Source of the DNA: Gemmatimonadales bacterium | GTDB taxonomy: Bacteria > Gemmatimonadota > Gemmatimonadetes > Gemmatimonadales > GWC2-71-9 | Direction of reading: 5' to 3' | DNA: 57,960 nt | Assembly (NCBI GenBank): GCA_035637435.1 | Contig: DASPXD010000166.1 | Location: forward strand, 1-57,960 | Shown: positions 1-10,409 of the stretch, piece after piece | Numbering within the stretch: the first letter of the stretch is position 1 | Layout of the letters: every line of letters starts with the position of its first letter | Translations under genes and position numbers: made by a program | Notes under the pieces: model-generated | The model's database searches: none | Seen by the model: only the letters and a program-made list of their open reading frames with translations | What the model was told of the DNA's origin: nothing

Positions 1-1634
<1,634 letters not shown>

Positions 1635-1687
1635 GCTCGCCCCTCAAGCAACGGTTGTGCCCAAAAAAGATGTCGAAATGACAGACT

Positions 1688-1810
1688 GGACGGTAAGGGA
1701 CGGTAAGGGACGGTAAGGGACGGTAAAAGACGGTACATGAAATGAGGAGGGACGGTGAGGTTAACCCTTACCGTCCCTTACCGTCGTCTTACCTACCGTC
1801 CCTTACCGTC
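1688..1810. repeat. Inverted arrays of a 10-nt phased tandem repeat (core GACGGTA / TACCGTC) forming a long potential hairpin
   Basis: Plus strand 1688-1736 reads GGACGGTAAG x3, then GGACGGTAAAAGACGGTAC. The central hairpin is GGGACGGTGAGG-TTAA-CCCTTACCGTCCC (1749-1777). Four TACCGTC copies in inverted orientation follow up to 1810. The element lies between the stop of the 1810-2247 gene and the clpB start. Confidence 0.9.
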
Positions 1811-2247
1811 TATTTCATTACGATCATCTTCTTCGTAAATCGCTTTCCATCGACGATCAGCTGATAGATGTAAACGCCGGACGCGGCTGGCGCACCCGTG
1901 TTGAGGACGTTCCCGTCCCAGTACGCGCTGAACGCGCACGGCGACGGGCCTGCGGTCCCGCAGGTGAGCTCGAGATCCGTGAGCGCTTCACCCGTGCCCT
2001 GAAGAATTGGCACTGCGACCAGCTGCGCCAGCACGTTGTAAATCTTGAGCGAGACCTTCGGCCGGTGACCATTGGCAAACAGATCGCCGTTCAGCGTGAA
2101 CGGGATCGTGGTCGCCGGATTGAACGGGTTCGGATAGTTCTGCTTGAGCTCGACCGGCGGTGGAGGGGTCGCTTGCCCCAGTCCATCTCCCGCCAGAAGC
2201 CCCCCGCCGAGCCCCCCTACCAGCACTGCCCAAGCGTACAGCTTCAT
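1810..2247 (-). CDS. Small secreted protein consisting essentially of a signal peptide plus a T9SS type-A (Por/FlgD-Ig-like) C-terminal sorting domain
   Basis: N-terminal signal MKLYAWAVLVGGLGGGLLAG. The sorting-domain motif is QNYPNPFNPATTIPFTL...VSLKIYNVLAQLV...SGVYIYQLIVDGKRFTKKMIVMK. An ATG start and a GAGGAG-like RBS lie upstream. Confidence 0.8.
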   Translation of the reverse strand: MKLYAWAVLVGGLGGGLLAGDGLGQATPPPPVELKQNYPNPFNPATTIPFTLNGDLFANGHRPKVSLKIYNVLAQLVAVPILQGTGEALTDLELTCGTAGPSPCAFSAYWDGNVLNTGAPAASGVYIYQLIVDGKRFTKKMIVMK

Positions 2248-2360
2248 CTCACCGACTCCTCTGCGAACGGAAAAGTTGCTTTAGACAGCTCTCCTTGTTG
2301 GTACAGGGCGCGAAGGTGACTGAAAGGCTAAGAAAACGTAGGAAGTGCCGGTCCATCCTG

Positions 2361-4220
2361 TCAAGCACGGAGAACCCGGGTATCTCCCTTACGGCTGGTG
2401 ATGCCGCGGCGGTCCGCCCACTCCAATAGCGGTATCAAGTACTTGCGCGTCAGGCCGAGGCGGTCCCGGAATTGTGCGGGTGTGGCGGCGCCCAGCTCCC
2501 GCAGCGTGTCCTCGACGGCCCGACGGAACTCCTCCAGCGCCTGTTTCTGTGCATAGCGCTCCTGATCGACGCGTTCGACCGACCCCTCACGCGCCAGATG
2601 CGCGAGCAACGCCGGCACCGACGGGTCGGAGAACTCGCGTTGCAATTCGGAGACCGTGGGCAACTGCCAGCGCGCCGCTGCCAGGCGCTGTGCCAGCCGT
2701 CCGCCCGCATCCCCAACCTGAGTCCTCCATCCAGGAGTGCGAACGACTGCCCCTCCCTCGGCCAACTCCCATGCCTGCTTCTTGACGCCGTGCTCCACGA
2801 GCAAGTCGAGGACGGCTGGAGGCGCGTTGACGGTGGCTCGCAGCGCCCCAAGCGGGAGTCCAGGATCGAGCGGATGTTGCTGGTGATGCACGGCGACCAC
2901 ACCCGCAAGGCGGTCGACCTCGGCCGTAATCACCCGTCGAGCGACGAGGTATTCCCCTACAGAGAGAACGGCTTTGCCGGTCGCCGTAATCGTGTCCGGG
3001 ATGTCAGCCGGGAGAATGCCAAGCCGAACGGCGATGCCCGCGACGCGCAAACCGGCGAGCCCCGCCTCATCGACGAAGCGCGCCAGCCGCTCGGCAGGCG
3101 GCTGTTCGACCGCAAGACCCCGCTCCGACGCGCGGGGCCGTTTGGGCGGGAAGGGATCGAGCACGACCCCTCCCCCAATCGTCGTCACGGGGGAAAAGCT
3201 CCGCACGACGAAGCGATCTCCCCCGCGGGCGACGATCGGATGCTCCAGCAGCAGCCGCGCGGTGCCCGTTTCTCCGGGCACGATCGCGCGCACCTGCGCC
3301 ACTCGACCCAGCACCTCGGCGGTGCCCAGGTGCACCCGAATCCTCGTGCGTACGGCGAGCGGCTTGCGCGCGGCAGGAAGCAGCTCCAGCGCGACGTCGA
3401 GCGTGCTGGTGGCGGCCCATCCGGGGCCCGTCACCGCGACGTCGCCGCGCTCTAGTTCGTCCTTGTCGACGCCGACCAGCGCGAGCGCGGTGCGGCGGCC
3501 GGGACCCGCTTGATCGGCATCGTGGCTGTGCACCTGGATCGAACGCACCCGGACTTCGCGGTCGAGTGGCAGCAGCCGCACGCTCTGGCCCGCGGCAACG
3601 GTTCCACTCCAGGTGGATCCCGTGACCACCGTTCCCGCGCCGGCCAACGCAAATACACGGTCGATTGGTAAGCGAAACAGATCATCTGCGGGCCGATCCG
3701 CGAGATCTGTGGCCACCTCCACCAACGCTTTCTTCAGATCTTCCAAACCCTCCGCCTTGAGCGCACTCACGGCGATCGGGAGTCCCCACCGCACCTTACT
3801 GCGCGAGAGGCGCTTCGCTACCTCGGTTCGGACCAGAGCGAGCCATTCGTCATCCACGAGGTCGCGCTTGGTGAGGACCGGAATGCCACGCCGCACGCCG
3901 AGCAGCTCGACGATGGCGAGATGCTCCTCGGTTTGCGGCATGATTCCTTCGTCGGCGGCGATGATGAGCAGGGCGACGTCGATGCCGGTCGCCCCCGCGA
4001 GCATGTTCTTGACGAACGCTTCGTGGCCGGGGACGTCAACGACGCTGGCCTGAATGCCGCCGGCAAGCGGCAGCGGAGCAAATCCGAGATCGATCGTGAT
4101 GCCGCGGCGCTTCTCTTCTTCCCAACGATCGGTATCGACGCCGGTGAGGGCCTTCACCAACGCCGTCTTACCGTGATCGATGTGGCCCGCGGTGCCGACT
4201 ACGAAGCGGCGGGTGTCCAC
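2361..4220 (-). CDS. selB: Selenocysteine-specific translation elongation factor SelB
   Basis: GTPase motifs are [42 protein letters not shown] and LTKRDL. At 619 aa it has the long C-terminal winged-helix extension typical of bacterial SelB. Confidence 0.9.
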   Translation of the reverse strand: MDTRRFVVGTAGHIDHGKTALVKALTGVDTDRWEEEKRRGITIDLGFAPLPLAGGIQASVVDVPGHEAFVKNMLAGATGIDVALLIIAADEGIMPQTEEHLAIVELLGVRRGIPVLTKRDLVDDEWLALVRTEVAKRLSRSKVRWGLPIAVSALKAEGLEDLKKALVEVATDLADRPADDLFRLPIDRVFALAGAGTVVTGSTWSGTVAAGQSVRLLPLDREVRVRSIQVHSHDADQAGPGRRTALALVGVDKDELERGDVAVTGPGWAATSTLDVALELLPAARKPLAVRTRIRVHLGTAEVLGRVAQVRAIVPGETGTARLLLEHPIVARGGDRFVVRSFSPVTTIGGGVVLDPFPPKRPRASERGLAVEQPPAERLARFVDEAGLAGLRVAGIAVRLGILPADIPDTITATGKAVLSVGEYLVARRVITAEVDRLAGVVAVHHQQHPLDPGLPLGALRATVNAPPAVLDLLVEHGVKKQAWELAEGGAVVRTPGWRTQVGDAGGRLAQRLAAARWQLPTVSELQREFSDPSVPALLAHLAREGSVERVDQERYAQKQALEEFRRAVEDTLRELGAATPAQFRDRLGLTRKYLIPLLEWADRRGITSRKGDTRVLRA

Positions 4221-4978
4221 GCACCACGCTCCCAGACGTCTATGGCGCTCGCTTTCGGCTCTCTCCCATTGCGTCCCGATTCATCGAGATGATGACGGAT
4301 GAAGCGCGCGATCAGGCGGCGATGGGCGGCGGCATGGGCCGTGTCCAGAGTGGGAAGCTCCGCCTGCTCGTCGTTCAGGGTCACCAGATCGCGATAGGCT
4401 TGCGGCGGCAGCTTCGTGGGCGGCTGGAGGCCGGCGCACTTGGCGCACAGGACTCCCCCCTCGGCGACGCTGAATGCAACGGTGCCGGACACCGCGTTGC
4501 CGTCGCGGACGCAGGCGTCGAGCTGCGGGGCGAAACCCAGCACGCCGACCAGCAGCCACAGCCACCGGACCGCGACCGCGTCGGCCTGTCGGGGCTCGGC
4601 GTTCACGAGGGCGTCGAGCCCGAGTATGAAGGCTTCGTAGGCGGCCGGCAGCGGTGCCGGCGGCGCCATCTTGAGCATCACCTCCGACAGGGCGGCGGCG
4701 CCCGCAAAGCGTCCCAGGTCGCCCGCCAGATCGCGGCGCAGCTGCACGACGTCGAAGGCCGCCAGCGTCTGCAGCTCCCGCGTCTCTTTGTGATACATCT
4801 GGGCGACGCCCTCGCTCAGCGTCTCGAGCGCCGCACCGAACGGGCTGCGCGGACGGAGCACGCCCTTGGCGATCGCGCTCTGCACGCCGTAGTCGCGCGT
4901 TGCCAGCCGCACGATCTTGGAGGTTTCGCTGTAGCGATAAGTGCGCAGGACGATGGCAGGCGTCGAAACGAGACTCAC
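4199..4978 (-). CDS. recO: DNA repair protein RecO
   Basis: VSLVSTPAIVLRTYRYSETSKIVRLATRDYGVQSAIAKGV... shows the OB-fold N-terminus. A Cys-rich zinc motif follows (LDACVRDG...VLCAKCAG). The start is trimmed to the GTG at 4978, which forms a GTGA overlap with the upstream stop. The longer ORF-track N-terminus is Arg-rich and overlaps the upstream gene. Confidence 0.85.
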   Translation of the reverse strand: MSLVSTPAIVLRTYRYSETSKIVRLATRDYGVQSAIAKGVLRPRSPFGAALETLSEGVAQMYHKETRELQTLAAFDVVQLRRDLAGDLGRFAGAAALSEVMLKMAPPAPLPAAYEAFILGLDALVNAEPRQADAVAVRWLWLLVGVLGFAPQLDACVRDGNAVSGTVAFSVAEGGVLCAKCAGLQPPTKLPPQAYRDLVTLNDEQAELPTLDTAHAAAHRRLIARFIRHHLDESGRNGREPKASAIDVWERGAWTPAAS

Positions 4979-5820
4979 GAGCCAAATATAGCCGATGCGA
5001 GCATCTCGAGGCCGTCGACCACGCGAGGGCCCGAACGGCTGAAGTACGATGATGCGTCGAGCAGATGCACGTGGCCGCCCAGGGCGCGCAGGTGCTGTTC
5101 GTGATGTGCTGCCTCGCGACGAGTCTCCTCCAGGTCGAAGCCACATGGCATGACCAAGACGATATTCGGCTCGAGTTTCTCCAACTCAGACCATTCCATG
5201 CGGTAGGACGGTTTCCGTGCCGTGCCCGCCAACAACGTCCCGCCCGCCGCATCGATCAGCTCCGGTACCCAATGTCCCGGCACGTAGGGCGGATCGAGCC
5301 ATTCAAGCGCCAAGACCCGCGGCCGCGGCAGACTCGCAACGCGCTCGCACACCGCAGCGATGCGACGCTCGAGACGCGCGATGAGCTCCTCGGCACCCTC
5401 ACTCACGCCGGTCGCGCAGCCAACTTCGCGGATGCTTGCGAAGATCGCCGCGAGATCGTGAGCATCGAGAGTGAGGACGCGAGCACCTTCAACTGCATCG
5501 AGGACCTGTCGCTCCGGCACCGCGCACACGTCGCAGATGCCCTGCGTCAACACGAGATCTGGTTTCAGCGCGGTGAGTCGTTCGACATCGACTTCGTACA
5601 CGCTGCCGTAATCGCGCATCGCCGTGCGAATCGCGACATCGATTTCGCCACTCGACAGACCCTCGAGATTCGTGCGCGGTCGCGAGAGCCGCGGCAGGCC
5701 GTTCACGCTCGGCGGATAATCGCAGCTGTGCGAGATCCCCAAGAGCCGGTCTTCGAGCCCTAACGCGCACACGATCTCCGTCGCGCTCGGGAGCAACGAC
5801 ACGATTCGCTCAGCGGGCAA
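4975..5820 (-). CDS. Periplasmic-binding-protein family (cobalamin/Fe-siderophore type, Peripla_BP_2) protein with no recognisable signal peptide
   Basis: MPAERIVSLLPSATEIVCALGLEDRLLGISHSCDYPP... is a BtuF/FecB-like fold signature. The N-terminus starts directly in the first beta strand, with no hydrophobic leader. Confidence 0.8.
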   Translation of the reverse strand: MPAERIVSLLPSATEIVCALGLEDRLLGISHSCDYPPSVNGLPRLSRPRTNLEGLSSGEIDVAIRTAMRDYGSVYEVDVERLTALKPDLVLTQGICDVCAVPERQVLDAVEGARVLTLDAHDLAAIFASIREVGCATGVSEGAEELIARLERRIAAVCERVASLPRPRVLALEWLDPPYVPGHWVPELIDAAGGTLLAGTARKPSYRMEWSELEKLEPNIVLVMPCGFDLEETRREAAHHEQHLRALGGHVHLLDASSYFSRSGPRVVDGLEMLASAIFGS

Positions 5821-7675
5821 CAGTAACTCGGCCGCCGAGCATGATCACACGACCTAGCGGGCGATATCCATTGATCTCTTGATGGTGATCGTCAAAGACG
5901 TTGTCGACTCGGCCAGACAGCGTGACATGCCCCAACGGATACTCGGCGGCGAGATTCACGCGCGTGTAGGGAGACATCGTGACGCGCTGCAGGCCGATGT
6001 CGTCTCGCTTCCCCACCCAGAGCGCACCGACGGTCACGCTCGCCCGGCCGATCGTCGCGAAGAGCTGCGGAGCCACGGTGTGCGCGGGCCGGCGAATCAG
6101 TGGCTTGCCCATGACGAACACGGGATCAGTCGAATCCGCTTGCTGCACGCGCGTGTGCAGGAACGTGTAGCTCAGCGAAATACGGATCCTGTTGGTGAGG
6201 TCGGCACCAAGCTTCGCTTCGATGCCGTTCGCAAGCGCCGCGCCCACGTTGGCGTAGTTCACGGAGTCCGGCCGCAGCCGGATCGACGAATACGCGATCA
6301 AGTCCCGGAACCGCTGGTCGAAATAAGTCACGGCAAGTGGCCCCCGCTCGGCTCCGATCTCCCAGCTAAAGGAGCGCTCCGGCTTGAGATGCGGATTGCC
6401 GCGTACGAACCCCTGCGCGAAGTTCTCGAAAAACGTGGGTTCCTTGAATCCGGTGCCGGTCGAGACTTTCAAGCGCGTGCCGTCGGTCAGTCTGTGGACG
6501 AGACCTACGCGATAGGTCCCGTGGCCCCCGAACTGTGAGTTGTCGTCCCAGCGGCCGCCGAGCGTGAGCGCCGTCGGCCCAAACTGGATCAGCGCCTGCG
6601 TCAAATAGCCGACGTTGTAGCGCTGCACGTGGACCGGGGGGTTCGGGAAGCTGCCGAACGAATCGCTGTATTCGCTCGTGCCGCGCTGCCGTTCATCTTC
6701 GTACTCCATGCCACTGATCACGCTAATCTTTTCATCACGCCACGTCACCAGGCCACCGATCGTTGATCTTCGCAGATAATCGCGACTCCAGAAGGTGCCG
6801 CTCTCGCCCGGCGAATCCGGCTCGTCGTTGTAAAACAGCCGCGCCTCGCGCACCGCGACGTTGACGCGAGCCTCGAGATGCTGTGCCACGAAGCGCCCCG
6901 CGCTCAGGCTGAGCAGCGGGCCACGCTCGGCCGAGCGCTGGTTGGAATCCGACGGGGCGCCGGTGAAGTCCGTAGGAAAGTGGTAGCGGTCATCGCCGTA
7001 GCGATACGTGACGCTCGCATCGGTGCGCGCATCAGGCTTGTAGGTGATGCGCCCGCTCGCGACCGTGTTGCGGTACTGATTGTTGTAGGGATAGAGCCCG
7101 TCGCTCGAGAATTGCGAGACGCGCGCGGAGTAGCCCACCACCGCGGTGCCCCCTCCCCCCGCGATGTCGAGCGCTCCGTCGGTCGAGCCGTAGGTACCGG
7201 CGCGCAGCTCGGCGCCGATCTGCGCCGGCCCTTTGCCCGAACGCGTGAAAACCTGCACGACGCCCGTCACAGCGTCGGAGCCATACAGCACGCTCACCGG
7301 CCCGTGCACGATCTCGATGCGATCGACGTTGTCGGTCGTGAGGTGCGCCAGGTCGATCGCCCCCCCGGCCTGATTGAGCGGTACGCCGTCGATCAGAATC
7401 TTGGTGTAATCGCTCTCGCCGCCGCGTATGAACAGCGACGTCTGCCCTCCGAAACTGCCCGTCCCGGCGATGTGCGCGCCCGGGACCGTTTCCAGCGCCT
7501 CGGCCGCGGTGCGAATGCCCTGAGCCACGAGGTCCGCTCCGCGCAGCACGGTCACGGCTGACGCCACAACGTCCGCCGGTACGGGCAGGCGCGTGGCCGT
7601 CACGACGAGCGGTTTGAGAACGACCGTGTCTTGCTGCGGCACGGCGAGGGCGAGCACGAGCAGCGCGACGTTCAT
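5810..7675 (-). CDS. TonB-dependent outer-membrane receptor (BtuB-like by operon context)
   Basis: Signal MNVALLVLALAVP, TonB-box/plug DTVVLKPLVVTATR...TVLRGADL...IRGGESDYTKILIDGVPLN, and a C-terminal beta-barrel ending ...GGRVTVAR. The start is set at ATG 7675 (ATGA overlap with the upstream stop). Confidence 0.88.
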   Translation of the reverse strand: MNVALLVLALAVPQQDTVVLKPLVVTATRLPVPADVVASAVTVLRGADLVAQGIRTAAEALETVPGAHIAGTGSFGGQTSLFIRGGESDYTKILIDGVPLNQAGGAIDLAHLTTDNVDRIEIVHGPVSVLYGSDAVTGVVQVFTRSGKGPAQIGAELRAGTYGSTDGALDIAGGGGTAVVGYSARVSQFSSDGLYPYNNQYRNTVASGRITYKPDARTDASVTYRYGDDRYHFPTDFTGAPSDSNQRSAERGPLLSLSAGRFVAQHLEARVNVAVREARLFYNDEPDSPGESGTFWSRDYLRRSTIGGLVTWRDEKISVISGMEYEDERQRGTSEYSDSFGSFPNPPVHVQRYNVGYLTQALIQFGPTALTLGGRWDDNSQFGGHGTYRVGLVHRLTDGTRLKVSTGTGFKEPTFFENFAQGFVRGNPHLKPERSFSWEIGAERGPLAVTYFDQRFRDLIAYSSIRLRPDSVNYANVGAALANGIEAKLGADLTNRIRISLSYTFLHTRVQQADSTDPVFVMGKPLIRRPAHTVAPQLFATIGRASVTVGALWVGKRDDIGLQRVTMSPYTRVNLAAEYPLGHVTLSGRVDNVFDDHHQEINGYRPLGRVIMLGGRVTVAR

Positions 7676-8466
7676 CCGTGGGATTCCTTCGGTTGGCGGA
7701 GGGGGATCATCTGAGGACGCCCATCGATCGTCTGCATCGAGACGGGCCACGAGAAGACGGTTTGCACCGTTGCTTGCGTCAGGACGTCGGCCGGGGCACC
7801 GGACGCCACCGGCCGGCCGCTCTCGAGCAGCAGCAGCGAATCGGCAAAGCGGGCGGCGAGGTTGAGGTCGTGCGTGATCATCAGGACGCCGAGGCGCTGC
7901 GTGTCGACGAGGCCGCGAATCAGCTCGAACAGCCCCATTTCGTGCTTCAGGTCGAGTGACATGCCGGGCTCATCGAGCACGAGCAGCTCCGGCTCCTGCG
8001 CGAGGGCGCGCGCCACCCGCACGCGCTGGTACTCGCCGCCCGATAACGTCCAGAGCCAGCGATCGGCGAGGTCTGTGACATCGCAGGCCGCGAGCGCGCG
8101 GTCGACGGCGGCATGGTCCTCCGCGCGCTCGCGGCCCCAGATCGAGAGGTGCGGATAACGGCCGAGCAGCACCGTCTCGCGCACGCGCTGCGGAAACAGG
8201 TTGTCCTCGCGCTGCGGCACCACGCCGACGATTCGCGCCAGCTCCTGCCGCGGCCAAGTCTGCGCCGGACGGCCGTCGATCTCAGCTCGTCCTTCGATGG
8301 GCGACAATGCACCAAGTGCGATGCGAACAAGTGTGGTCTTGCCGCTCCCGTTGGGGCCGAGCACGGCATGGAACTGTTTCGGTGCAATCGCCAGCGACAC
8401 TCCTCGCAACGCATCCCTGGTTGCGCCCGGGTAGCGATAGCGGACGACGTCGAGACGCAGCATCAT
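7672..8466 (-). CDS. ABC transporter ATP-binding protein (FecE/BtuD type)
   Basis: Walker A GPNGSGKTT, signature LSGGEYQRVRVARAL, Walker B LLVLDEPG. ATGA overlaps at both ends. Confidence 0.9.
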   Translation of the reverse strand: MMLRLDVVRYRYPGATRDALRGVSLAIAPKQFHAVLGPNGSGKTTLVRIALGALSPIEGRAEIDGRPAQTWPRQELARIVGVVPQREDNLFPQRVRETVLLGRYPHLSIWGRERAEDHAAVDRALAACDVTDLADRWLWTLSGGEYQRVRVARALAQEPELLVLDEPGMSLDLKHEMGLFELIRGLVDTQRLGVLMITHDLNLAARFADSLLLLESGRPVASGAPADVLTQATVQTVFSWPVSMQTIDGRPQMIPLRQPKESHG

Positions 8467-9404
8467 GCAATCGTCCAGCGCCGCAGCAGCAGTGCGAACA
8501 CGGGGACGCCGACGAGGGCAGTGACGACACCGACAGGCAGCTCGCGCGGCGCCACGACGGTGCGGGCCAGCGTGTCGGCAATCGCGAGGAGGGCCCCGCC
8601 GCCGATGAAGGCGGCCGGCAACAACGCGCGGTGACGATGGCCCCAGGTGAGGCGCGCGATATGCGGCACGACGAGCCCGACGAACCCGATGACGCCCGAT
8701 ACCGCCACCGCCGCGGCGGTGAGGAGCGAGGCGGCCAGGTAGACCCGCCGCTTGACCGCTTCGACGTCGGCGCCGAGGTAGCGCGCCGGCTCCTCACCGA
8801 GGGCGAGCAGATCGAGGGGACGGGACGCGGCGACCAGGATGGCGAGGGGGATCGGCGCGTAGAGCGCAACGAGCAATACGGAATCCCACGAAGCCGCTGA
8901 CAGCCCGCCCCACAGCCACAGGAACGCGTTGCGCAACTCGGCGGCATCGGCCAGCGAGACGATGGCGGTGGTGATGGCGGCCGCGAACGCGCCGATCGCG
9001 ACGCCCCCCAGCAGCAGGATGCGGGGATCCAGCGCCGCGCCGCCGATCAACCCCAGCCGGTAAACAAGGCCGAGCGCGGCGAGCGCACCGATAAAGGCAG
9101 CGATCGGCAGCGCCCAGGGACCTGACAGATGGAGCGCGATCGCCAGGACGGCGCCCAGTCCTGCCCCGCCCGACAGTCCCAGCAGAAAAGGATCCGCGAG
9201 CGGATTGCGGACCAGCGCCTGGAGGGCCGCGCCGGCAACGCCCAGCGACCCGCCGACGAGAAAGGCGAGCAGCGCGCGCGGGGCGCGCAGATTCCACACG
9301 ATATCGGAGCGCAGCAGCTCGTTGAGCGGCACGGCGGCGGGCCCGAGCACCACGCTCGCAATGAGGGCCAGAACAGCGACGACCAACAGCAGCGTCCATT
9401 TCAT
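8463..9404 (-). CDS. ABC transporter permease (FecCD/BtuC family)
   Basis: MKWTLLLVVAVLALIASVVLGPAAVPL... is multi-TM and ends with the FecCD-type C-terminus ...PVGVVTALVGVPVFALLLRR. The start is trimmed to ATG 9404 (ATGA overlap). The ORF-track N-terminal 111 aa are Arg-rich and overlap the upstream gene. Confidence 0.88.
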   Translation of the reverse strand: MKWTLLLVVAVLALIASVVLGPAAVPLNELLRSDIVWNLRAPRALLAFLVGGSLGVAGAALQALVRNPLADPFLLGLSGGAGLGAVLAIALHLSGPWALPIAAFIGALAALGLVYRLGLIGGAALDPRILLLGGVAIGAFAAAITTAIVSLADAAELRNAFLWLWGGLSAASWDSVLLVALYAPIPLAILVAASRPLDLLALGEEPARYLGADVEAVKRRVYLAASLLTAAAVAVSGVIGFVGLVVPHIARLTWGHRHRALLPAAFIGGGALLAIADTLARTVVAPRELPVGVVTALVGVPVFALLLRRWTIA

Positions 9405-10231
9405 CGGGACGCCGTTCCGCCCAACCGCACCCGCAGCGCGCGTACAGCCTCCCCCGATCGCGGCCCGGGGCGGCCAAACAACGACCCCGGCAGCAGCAGG
9501 AAATGGCCCTCGCGCACCGCGCGCACTGCCCGCCATTCCTGTCTTTTGGCGAACGCCGGCATCGCGCCGGAATCGGACAGCACGGCGATCCACTGGGGAT
9601 CGCGGGCGGCGATCGTCTCGAGCGAGACCTGCGCGGAGGGTGCGGCGATGTCGCTGAAGACGTTGCGCGCACCGGCAAGCGCAGCGAGCTGATCCAGATA
9701 GCTGCCGTGGCCGATCGTGATTGGAGGGTTGTCCCACACGACGTACGCGATGGAGGCGGTAGGAGGCGGTAGGGGGCGGTAGGAGAAGCTGTCCATCGCC
9801 GCGGCGAGGGATTCCGCGCGCGCATCGAGGCCGGTCAGCCGCCCCAGGGTCCGCGTTGCCGGACCGAGATCTTCCAACCGGTTGAGATCGAGCAGTACCG
9901 TCCGAATCCCGATGCGCTCGAGCTGCTTCGCGGCCGCGACGTTGGGCCCGGAGTTATACAGGACGACGAGATCGGGCTTCCGTGCCGCCACCGCCTCGAT
10001 GTTCGGCGGCATCCCGTCGCCGATGCTTGGCACGGCGAGTGCCGCGGGCGGATAGTCGCACCATGTGGTACGCCCCACGAGACGATCACCGGCACCGATG
10101 GCAAACAGGATCTCGGTGAACGAGGGCAGCAGGGACACGATGCGTTGGGCCGTCCGGCCGTCAGGCCGTCGGGCCGTCCCATGACAGCCGAGAAAAATGA
10201 GGAGAACAACGCAGAGACGTCGAAGCACCAT
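9401..10231 (-). CDS. Periplasmic substrate-binding (lipo)protein, BtuF/FecB-like
   Basis: Lipoprotein-like leader MVLRRLCVVLLIFLGCHG, then IVSLLPSFTEILFAIGAGDRLVGRTTWCDYPP. It is the first gene downstream of the cobalamin riboswitch. The start is set at ATG 10231. Confidence 0.85.
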   Translation of the reverse strand: MVLRRLCVVLLIFLGCHGTARRPDGRTAQRIVSLLPSFTEILFAIGAGDRLVGRTTWCDYPPAALAVPSIGDGMPPNIEAVAARKPDLVVLYNSGPNVAAAKQLERIGIRTVLLDLNRLEDLGPATRTLGRLTGLDARAESLAAAMDSFSYRPLPPPTASIAYVVWDNPPITIGHGSYLDQLAALAGARNVFSDIAAPSAQVSLETIAARDPQWIAVLSDSGAMPAFAKRQEWRAVRAVREGHFLLLPGSLFGRPGPRSGEAVRALRVRLGGTASR

Positions 10232-10235
10232 CCCT

Positions 10236-10402
10236 CCCGCGAGGGAATTGCGTGGTGGCGCGAACGAAGACGTCTCCTGGCTCCGGGCGAACCGGCTCGC
10301 CTTCCCGGGTTTCCCCAGTGGCATTGAGCCGATGACAACTGCCCGTTACAGTGGCGGGGCCGCGCCGGACTCACACCGGCTTCCGTATCCCCGTTCGCGA
10401 AA
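10236..10402 (-). promoter_or_regulatory. Cobalamin (AdoCbl/B12) riboswitch
   Basis: The minus strand reads ...GGGGATACGGAAGCCGGTGTGAGTCCGGCGCGGCCCCGCCACTGTAACGGGCAG...GCCACTGGGGAAACCCGGGAAGGCGAGCC...GAGCCAGGAGACGTC.... This matches the conserved core GGAA..GGTG..A.TCC...C.G.CCCGCCACTGT, the GCCACTG box and the AGCCAGGAGAC B12-box region. The final TCCCTCGCGGGAGGG hairpin would sequester the GGGAGGG RBS directly before ATG 10231. Confidence 0.85.
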
Positions 10403-10409
10403 TGGACGA

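Noticed and set aside
1688-1810. Tandem 10-nt repeats considered as a CRISPR array.
   Set aside because: The repeat unit is only 10 nt with no unique spacers. The two halves are inverted relative to each other, and no cas genes are present in the window.
2248-2360. Possible tRNA-Sec (selC) in the spacer downstream of selB.
   Set aside because: I could not draw an acceptor/T-arm cloverleaf. The spacer reads as a 5' UTR ending in a GAGGAG-type RBS for the 1810-2247 gene. A dedicated tool should still be run.
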